Positions 55,681 to 64,000 of a stretch of DNA of 64,000 nucleotides are shown here, one piece after another; within the stretch, counting starts at the first letter, position 1; the number at the start of each line of letters is the position of its first letter. Source of the DNA: the human T2T-CHM13v2.0 reference genome, Homo sapiens; the NCBI RefSeq assembly GCF_009914755.1, contig NC_060940.1. One strand, given 5' to 3'. The notes below the pieces were generated by a model. That model was not told the DNA's origin. It made no database searches and saw nothing but the letters and a program-made list of their open reading frames with translations. A program made the translations under genes and the position numbers.

Positions 55681-56659
55681 GTGAGGGCCCCCAGCAGCCT
55701 CCTCCGCAGAGGGACGGGGTCTCCAGGCCTGGGGTAGGGTGGGGGACGCAGGTCATGGGGCAGCCTGCGTTCCCAAGACCGGCTAGGGGAGGGGCACTGA
55801 GAATCCACAGCTGCTCCTGGGCGGGGGGCAGGGGCGGGGCCAGTGCAGCACCAGCCTGGCTCTCTCCTGTCGGCTTCATTCCATGACCCAAATGCACCAT
55901 CAGAGATTTGCCTCCATGGGTCTGCAAGACTTTTGCTCCGTCCAGTGCCAAAGCCTTAGCAGATCCTGGCATGGATGCCTCAGGCTGATGGCACCGGCCT
56001 TGCAATGAGACGAGAACCCAAAGCTCAGTTATCAGTGTCCTGTCTTGCTGCTATGAGCTTTTTGTACTGATAACGACCATTTCTTTACTGAGCGCCTTCT
56101 GGGTTCTGGCAGCATCCTCGGCACCCACATTATATAATTTAACCGTCACAACGGCCAGCCCAGGGGTGCTGCTATACCACTTCACAGAGAGGAAACTGGC
56201 TCTCAGAGGCTTCAGAGCCTGTCCCCAGCTTCAGGTGTGGCTCCCTGAGTTGGGGGCTTCCTAGGTGAGGTCACGAGGAAACCTGCTGGCCAAGTGACCT
56301 GGCAGGGTGTGGCCAGTGTGGCCAGGGCCGCCGAGCCTGCTTTCCTTCCCTGCAGCAGGAACCCTTCTGGGGCTGTGATCCTGCGATGGTGCCTGGGTGG
56401 GAGTGGGGGTGGGGGGCGGGATGGTCTCCCTACCTGCCAGCTTCTTGGTTTGAGGTGAGGACAGCCCCGGAAGCTCAGACTTGGCTCCTGTCCATGTACT
56501 TGGGGCCATGAGCTCTGCAGGGACCTTGGAAAGAGAGAGACGGGTGGTGTAGGGCAGGGGAAGGCATTGTCTTCAAACAGGAAAAAGCTGAGAATGGAAA
56601 CAGGCGAAACTTACCAAGTGTAACATCACCTGGAACTGAAGGAGGGTGGGAAGGTTTTA

Positions 56660-56787
56660 ATTATTTTAAAAATAGAGATGGGGACTCACTATGTTGCCCA
56701 GGCTGGTCTCAAACTACTGGGCTCAAGTGAACCTCCTTCCTCGGCTCCCAAAGTGCTGGGATTACAAGCGTGAGCCACTGTCCCAGC
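56660..56787 (-). mobile_element. Alu left monomer (FLAM-like)
   Basis: Single antisense arm. Confidence 0.85.
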
Positions 56788-56880
56788 AGGGAGGTGTTTT
56801 TTTTAAAGCTGATTCACTGGAGGCAGGGTGGGCAAGTGGCACTGCTGGTGGCCACCCCTCACAGTCCCTGCTGCCCCCAG

Positions 56881-56978
56881 TACCGCCTGGCACCCATCCC
56901 CCGGGCCCGCCACGACTTTGCCTGCGCCAGCCTGATCTTCGTCTGCATCCTGCTCGTCCATGTCCTGCTCATGCCCAG
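56881..56978 (+). CDS. ADCY7: ADCY7 exon 15 (TM7)
   Basis: YRLAPIPRARHDFACASLIFVCILLVHVLLMP; AG|GTCAGT; 98 nt. Confidence 0.95.
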
Positions 56979-57531
56979 GTCAGTTGCAGGGAGGGGTGTG
57001 GGGGTCCGGCCTGCTGGGATCCAGGCTGGAAGGTGACTATGAACCTGCAAGGAGCTGTGTGATTTGGGCTGGAAGGGGTCGGCTGCTGGGGTCCTAGCAA
57101 CTGGACCAGGGGCTGTGGCAGCACACCTTGAGTTACCAACACTTCTTTTTAATAGAATGTGTGTTTTCTGCCACAGGCCTCCCTACTCCCTAACGTCTCT
57201 CTCCTCAGCCACCTGTCATATGTGTGGCCTGCATGCATTTTGGTTGACAGCCCTTGCCTTAGGTGTTTGGAGTGCTAGGAGGATAGACTCTGAAAACTGT
57301 AGGCGCCATCCTTTTTCTCTTATATATAGGGAAATTGGGGCACAGAGGATTAATGATTTATCCAAAACTCACTGAGATTCATGCTTCTGGCTCTAGGGCC
57401 CTGCTGGTGGGGTATAGGGATGAGGGTGAAGTCAGAGGGAAGGGGGATCTAAGGTCAGCTACTTGGTGCTTTCTAGAAGAGCAGTTAGGCCGAAGCATCG
57501 ACCAGGATTGTGGTTTTGGCTATGCTTACTA

Positions 57532-57916
<385 letters not shown>

Positions 57917-58157
57917 TCATTTCTTATACACTTGGACCAAAAAGAGTGATATGGTCTTGACCTCAATCTTCATAATCTAGCTGGGCCCTGTGTATTGCCC
58001 ATGGGGCAGCTGGGCCACAGTTTTCACAGGTCCCCTTTGCTGTGGGCAGAATACCAGGTAGGGTGGGGACAGGTGGCTGTGAGCCAGAGGATTGGTGGGG
58101 GCGGTGGTCCTGGGCAGAAGGCCCTAGGCAGAACTGAGGTTCTTCCCTCCTCTCCAG

Positions 58158-58242
58158 GACGGCGGCACTGGGTGTGTCCTTCGGGCTGGTGGCCTGTGTA
58201 CTGGGGCTGGTGCTGGGCCTGTGCTTTGCCACCAAGTTCTCG
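58158..58242 (+). CDS. ADCY7: ADCY7 exon 16
   Basis: TAALGVSFGLVACVLGLVLGLCFATKFS; TCG|GTAAGT; 85 nt. Confidence 0.94.
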
Positions 58243-58497
58243 GTAAGTGGGGAGCTCTGGCCCCGCGGGCCCTCCCTCCCTGCCTCAGGACACCTGCCTA
58301 GGAGCCCTCCCTGGTGAGCTTGGCTGGGCTGAGCCCCTGCTCTGGTCAAGGTTGGGTGCCCATCTCTCCTGCCTCGGGGACAATTTCCTGAGTGCCCTGG
58401 AGGCTTCTCCCGAGGATACCCCTCCCCAGGCTGCCAGCGACCAGCCCTCCTTGCCCAGGCTGTTGGCTCTGGGTGACTTGACCCTGTTACCCCACAG

Positions 58498-58623
58498 AGG
58501 TGCTGCCCAGCTCGGGGGACGCTCTGCACTATCTCTGAGAGGGTGGAGACACAGCCCCTGCTGAGGCTGACCCTGGCCGTCCTGACCATCGGCAGCCTGC
58601 TCACTGTGGCCATCATCAACCTG
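58498..58623 (+). CDS. ADCY7: ADCY7 exon 17
   Basis: RCCPARGTLC...TVAIINL; CTG|GTGGGT; 126 nt. Confidence 0.93.
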
Positions 58624-59378
58624 GTGGGTCCCGTGGTGGGGAGGCAGGCCTCCGGGGTAGAGGGAGACCTCCAGATTTGGGACGCCTACAATGTGGCCTT
58701 AAAAGCTGCCTCTGGTTGTCCTCTCCCCCGAGCTCAGCAGGTGGATGTGGGGGGTTCCCCTTTGTACACTCAGGGCTCCTCACCTTTGGGTTCTCAAATG
58801 CGGACTTTGGGGGCCCAGAGAGCTTGTGTGGCCAGCTCCAGGAGGATGTGATGCCTTGAGCCACCACATCCTGACATCCCATTCATTCTTCACGGCCCTT
58901 CTGAGACTCAGTTTCCCCTCTCAGGGATGAACCCTTGCTCCTCTGCTGGGGCTCAGAGGCTCAGTGCTGCAGAAAGCAGCCTGCGGGACACTTGTCCACC
59001 TCTCTCCCAGACCCCGCATCCTGGGCTAGGGCCTCTCCCTCACCTCTCTGCCCCGGACCCTGGGTTTTTGGAATGTGTTCCTGTGACCACCTCCCTCAGG
59101 GTCACCTGGGGAGGCTGAAAATGTTGGTCCCGGCCCCTCCCCCTGGCTGCTGCCGCTCTGGGGGTGTCTGCACCCTCATCTCCTAGCCCCTCTGCCCTCT
59201 GAACCTGACGGCTGCTGTGGGGAGTCGGCACGGCGGCTTGAGCCGTGCTCAGAGCTGATCCCAACGTGAAACCTCAGGCTGCTGTGATACTCATGGTTGC
59301 CTGGGGCCCACCTTGCATGGCTTGGGCAGGTTCCAGCGTTCTTGTCCCTGGACTGATGGGGACCTGTCTCCTCTACAG

Positions 59379-59477
59379 CCCCTGATGCCTTTCCAAGTTC
59401 CAGAGCTGCCTGTTGGCAATGAGACAGGCCTACTGGCCGCGAGCAGCAAGACAAGAGCCCTGTGTGAGCCCCTCCCG
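59379..59477 (+). CDS. ADCY7: ADCY7 exon 18
   Basis: PLMPFQVPELPVGNETG...LCEPLP (N-glycosylation sequon NET); CCG|GTGAGT; 99 nt. Confidence 0.93.
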
Positions 59478-60284
59478 GTGAGTGCGCCGGGCCCGGCTCC
59501 GTGGCCTCATTCAGAGTGGGGCTGCTGCTGCCAGAGGTGTAGTTTGGACCCTCAAAGCATGGGTGCTGACCCCTGAGAGCACAGCATGTGGAGGCTGAGA
59601 ACAGCCTCTCCTGCAGAGCTGGGAAAGCAGGGTCCCATGGGCCCAGCTGGCCTCTGGCCCAAGGGAGTGAGGAGTCCTGGCCTTGGCAGGCTTGGTCTAG
59701 GCTGTGTGGGTAGGCAGGGAGTGAGGGGAGCATCTGGCCTTGTGCGGGTCTCTGGTCAGGGCACTTCCTCTCTGACAGGCCTGTCACTATTTTATACACG
59801 AGTATGCACAGCTCAGGGAGGGGCTTCATTAGGTGATGGCGCCAGGGCAGGCCCAGACAGGCTGATGGCAGAGGTCAAGGTCTCTGCCTGGAGGGCCTTG
59901 CAGACAGCAGACTCTGCAGCTTCAGAGGCTGGCAGTGCAGTGAGCTGGGCTCTAAAAGGCAGAAAGGTTCTGGGACAAGGGACAGCATGGGAAAAAGCCG
60001 AGGCGTGTGTTGGGAGCAGTGGGGTTTTGGGTGGGTTGTCTCCTGGAGAGGGAGTGGGGAGAACTGGGAGATGGAGCCGGGGGCAGGCTTGATCCAGACT
60101 GGGAGGTGCAGGAATGCCGGGGTGTGAAGAGCGTGGTCTTTATTCTGGGGGCTGGGGAGCCACAGCACAATCTTGAGCAGGGCAGAGGTCCTTTGGGAGG
60201 GTAAGCTCACAAAAACTCAGGGAGGCAGCTTGGATGCATGCACGCTCCGGCCTTGACCTTGACTGTGGTCTGTTGTATCCACAG

Positions 60285-60329
60285 CACCTGCATACTGTTT
60301 TTTCCCGTTTAAATGAGCTCACTTCATAA
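60285..60329 (+). CDS. ADCY7: ADCY7 alternative terminal exon in intron 18 (HLHTVFSRLNELTS-stop)
   Basis: Acceptor tgttgtatccacag|CAC, phase 0 like exon 18, TAA at 60327-60329, AATAAA at 60332-60337. Confidence 0.65.
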   Translation, partial: HLHTVFSRLNELTS

Positions 60330-60331
60330 GA

Positions 60332-60390
60332 AATAAAACTACAGTGAAAACAACACTGGACACTCTTAGGTCTCATTGTTTTTTGTTGAG
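60332..60390 (+). terminator. Intronic polyadenylation signal with downstream U/GU-rich element
   Basis: AATAAA 60332-60337, CA dinucleotides ~60351-60355, ggtctcattgttttttgttg ~60369-60388. Confidence 0.6.
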
Positions 60391-60517
60391 AAGGGAGGTG
60401 GTAAGGCAAGAGCGTGATGCTGAGGTGCAGGGAGTGGGGCTCTGTGGTATGTGCTGGGCTGGAGGCGAGAGTACGTGGTGGGGTGGCCCTGTCCTGAGTG
60501 ACACCCTGCCCCCTCAG

Positions 60518-60711
60518 TACTACACCTGCAGCTGTGTCCTGGGCTTCATCGCCTGCTCGGTCTTCCTGAGGATGAGCCTGGAGCCAAAGGTTGTGCTGCT
60601 GACAGTGGCCCTGGTGGCCTACCTGGTGCTCTTCAACCTCTCCCCATGCTGGCAGTGGGACTGCTGCGGCCAAGGCCTGGGCAACCTCACCAAGCCCAAC
60701 GGCACCACCAG
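60518..60711 (+). CDS. ADCY7: ADCY7 exon 19
   Basis: YYTCSCVLGFIACSVFLRMS...KPNGTT; AG|GTGGGG; 194 nt. Confidence 0.95.
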
Positions 60712-61523
60712 GTGGGGTCCCGCCCGTCCCCGTCCCCATCCCCATGGTGGCCTGTTCATCTGGTGCCTGCCTGCTCGCACCAAGGGGCTTCTGTGTTCAT
60801 GGGGAGTGGGCACCTTGCAGGGCGGGGCTGGCAGATGGTGTCCAGCGCTCAGAGCCGAGGAATTCACTGGCAGGTTCTTTAGGAAGTCCCTAGTCTGACA
60901 GAGGCCACCGGGTCATCCTGTTTCCAGGCCAGTCTAGTGGTGGGGAGGGAAGGAGGCTGCAGCTCTAGCTCTGTGCCTCTCAAGGCCACATCCTGGGTCT
61001 CGAGTTCTGGAAGGAGCAGTTGCTTCCATCTCTTCCTGGACAGGTGGTGATACCTGAGGCTGGCAGGGCTGGGGTGTGTGGTTCTAGGGGTTCTGGGTCC
61101 CAAGTGGATTAAGGAGCGGACCTGGCCCCCCTAAACAAAAAAGCTGGAAGCCTGGGACCCAGAACAGAACCTGCTCCTGTGGGTCTGCCCCGCACCTGCA
61201 AAATCCTTATGCCACCCATCCACCCCACCCCGCCTGCCACTGACCCTGGCTCACCAGTTCTGGGCTCCCTTCAGGCCCTCATCACAGCTGATTCTGGTCA
61301 TTCAGGGGTGAGATCAGAGGTCTTCCCCACAAGGGCTCCCCCATCTCCCTGCCCACCTCTCCCCTCCCCCCTTTATAATACCCCAAAGTTGTCTTGTTTT
61401 CTACCCACCCCATTAGAATCAATTTTCCCCTTTCCCCTGGGTGTGCGTGGCACCTGGAGAGCATGACTCAGTGGGTTGGAGTGGTGAGTGCTGGGAGTGA
61501 CTTGGGCCTCCCTTCGCATTCAG

Positions 61524-61617
61524 TGGCACCCCTAGCTGTTCCTGGAAGGACCTGAAGACCATGACCAATTTCTACCTGGTCCTGTTCTACATCACCCTGC
61601 TTACACTCTCCAGACAG
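61524..61617 (+). CDS. ADCY7: ADCY7 exon 20 (TM12)
   Basis: GTPSCSWKDLKTMTNFYLVLFYITLLTLSRQ; CAG|GTAAGG; 94 nt. Confidence 0.95.
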
Positions 61618-61630
61618 GTAAGGAGGCTGG

Positions 61631-61649
61631 CCCCCCCCCCCCCCCCCCC
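61631..61649. repeat. C19 homopolymer
   Basis: 19 consecutive C starting at +14 of intron 20. Confidence 0.95.
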
Positions 61650-61869
61650 AAGCTCTGCCCACTTTTCCTCACCTCCATCTGGAGATGGGGTGGGGTGGGG
61701 TGGGCTCAGGTGGAGTAGCAGAAAAGACTAGAGTCCTGCCAGGAAAGCACTGGTCCCCTGGCCAGAGGCTCCAAGGACGCCAGGGACAGACAGACCTGGC
61801 TAGGAGATGCACAGCAGCACGGCTCCCACTTGCCTGTGGACGGGGCGCTTATGTTGCTGCCGTTTGCAG

Positions 61870-62025
61870 ATTGACTATTACTGCCGCTTGGACTGCCTAT
61901 GGAAGAAGAAGTTCAAGAAGGAGCACGAGGAGTTTGAGACCATGGAGAACGTGAACCGCCTTCTTCTGGAGAACGTCCTGCCAGCCCACGTGGCTGCCCA
62001 CTTTATCGGTGACAAGTTAAACGAG
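61870..62025 (+). CDS. ADCY7: ADCY7 exon 21
   Basis: IDYYCRLDCLWK...LLLENVLPAHVAAHFIGDKLNE; GAG|GTGTGC; 156 nt. Confidence 0.96.
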
Positions 62026-62723
62026 GTGTGCTGAGAAGGGGCTGGGGCGGGGGCAGGGAGGCGGACGGTCCAGGCGCAGTCCGTAGGGTGAAGGTGTGGA
62101 GCTGGAGTGCATGCTGAGCTTGGCTTCCTCAGGTCCTGGCCTCACCGGGATGCCCAGGCGACAATGTATGGCATCAGCTGTGAGAGCATGGGCCTGGGGT
62201 CAGGGACCTGGGCTCAAGTGTGGTCGTGAACAAGGCACCTTGCTTTCCCAGGCCTTGGTCTTCACCTCTGTAAAATGGGCTGACAGCCCTTCCCCACAGG
62301 CTTGTGGCGAGGATGAAATGTGTGTTCAGGGGTTTGTGATCTGGACATTCTGTGTTGATGAAAATGTCTGTACTTCTACTAGTTATGTGTAGCAAGTTTT
62401 CTAGATAGGAAACGGAGGCCCAGTGAGAATGAAGACCTCCCGTTACCCTCCACTACTGCAGAGGTTCTCACCCCATGTGTACATGGAAACACCCATGGTG
62501 CTTCTGTGAGCAAAAACCAACCTGAGCCTGACCCTCCCTGGCCACCCAATTCTTAATCACCCGGTAACAGCCACCAGATGAAACTCATGCAGCCCGCCCC
62601 CCTCCCCACTCCCCGAAAGCTGGGCTGGGCAGTTCAGCAGTGCCATCTGCTCCTGAGGCCTTGCCACTCTTCCTGTCCCCTCAAGAGGTGAAGTGGTGTA
62701 AGGTCCGGTTTCTTCCCATCCAG

Positions 62724-62870
62724 GACTGGTACCATCAGTCCTATGACTGCGTCTGTGTCATGTTTGCCTCCGTGCCGGACTTCAAAGTGTTCTACACAGA
62801 GTGCGATGTCAACAAAGAAGGGCTGGAGTGCCTACGCCTGCTCAATGAGATCATTGCCGACTTCGACGAG
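62724..62870 (+). CDS. ADCY7: ADCY7 exon 22 (C2a)
   Basis: [16 protein letters not shown]...[10 protein letters not shown]; GAG|GTACAG; 147 nt. Confidence 0.96.
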
Positions 62871-62975
62871 GTACAGCCTCTAGCCCAGCCTTGCGCAGCA
62901 GCCCCCACCCATGCTGGAGAGGGAAGGGCGGTGGCACCTGCCATCCTAAAACCCAATTTAAAAATGTGACACAGA

Positions 62976-63279
<304 letters not shown>

Positions 63280-63791
63280 CGACGTGGCCCGCCTGGGGGG
63301 AACATACATTACACAGAATATAAAGGTACACATTTCTTTTTCATTCTGTTTTATGCAGCAAATAATTCGTTGGCATCTTCTCTGTGATGGGCAGCTTGCT
63401 AAGATTAGACTCAGGCCCCTTAGCTTCATTTCCAACTAAGCCCACGCTATCAACCAAGCCAAACAGAGGAAATCAGTTTGGGTTGAATTCTTTGCTGGAG
63501 ACAAAGAATCTACATTCCTGTGTAGATAATGCTGTGTTTGCTCTGTGCAGACACAGATGGAAGGGAAGAGGGAGACAGTGTGGGGACGGAGACAACAGGA
63601 AGAGCAGGAGCCGCCAAGGGCCATGTCCTCACCATGCTTAGTCATGCGCTCAGCTGGCAGGGCAGCCATGAGACGTGTGTGCGAGAGGCGGCGATGGGTG
63701 GAGGGAACCCCACACCCTTCCTGAGAAGCAGGGGCAGCCTGGCTGCGGCTATGGAGTGGCGGCTGCTTCACCGCTTCCTTCTTGCCTGCAG

Positions 63792-63896
63792 CTCCTACTG
63801 AAGCCCAAGTTCAGCGGCGTGGAGAAGATCAAGACCATCGGCAGCACGTACATGGCAGCTGCAGGGCTCAGCGTCGCCTCAGGGCACGAGAACCAG
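63792..63896 (+). CDS. ADCY7: ADCY7 exon 23 (C2a, ATP-specifying Lys)
   Basis: LLLKPKFSGVEKIKTIGSTYMAAAG...HENQ; CAG|GTACTC; 105 nt. Confidence 0.96.
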
Positions 63897-64000
63897 GTAC
63901 TCAAGCCCAAGAGGTGAAATTCAGCTGACTGTCCTCACTTAAAGGTGACCTGTCACCTTACTTAAAGGGTGTGCCCTTATCTCGTCCTGGGGGAGGGGCA

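Noticed and set aside
57963-58619. Long antisense ORFs over ADCY7 exons (also 60140-60745, 54926-55441)
   Set aside because: Shadow ORFs produced by GC3-rich sense codons.
61485-61523. Hairpin ending at the exon 20 acceptor (also ~50510-50545)
   Set aside because: Only ~35-40 nt, too short for a Dicer substrate, so excluded from mirtron candidates.

Overview
This is primate (apparently human) genomic DNA covering most of ADCY7 (adenylate cyclase 7) on the + strand. A TATA-less GC-rich promoter and non-coding exon 1 (about 16385-16514) are followed by a ~21 kb intron 1. Then come 22 GT-AG coding exons from the ATG at 38011 to 63896, which splice in frame to 952 codons covering TM1-6, C1a, C1b, TM7-12 and part of C2a. 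The last exons lie beyond the window. The 5'-tailed mirtron MIR6771 sits at the 3' end of intron 4. The rest is repeat-rich: about 38 Alu copies, L1, L2, MIR, MLT1, MER elements and microsatellites. No prokaryote-type system, CRISPR array or second protein-coding gene is supportable. The most interesting unexplained structures are: (i) MIR6771-like hairpins ending exactly at several other ADCY7 3' splice sites; (ii) a self-palindromic Alu forming a ~70-bp foldback; (iii) an intronic poly(A) terminal exon giving a 734-aa half-cyclase; (iv) a uORF-dense 5'UTR with a splice-dependent 59-aa uORF; (v) a 70-nt hairpin insertion of unknown origin flanked by target-site duplications (TSDs); (vi) a C19 / (GGGGT)n structural switch next to a splice donor. 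All base-pairing was done by eye, and repeat boundaries and subfamilies are approximate.
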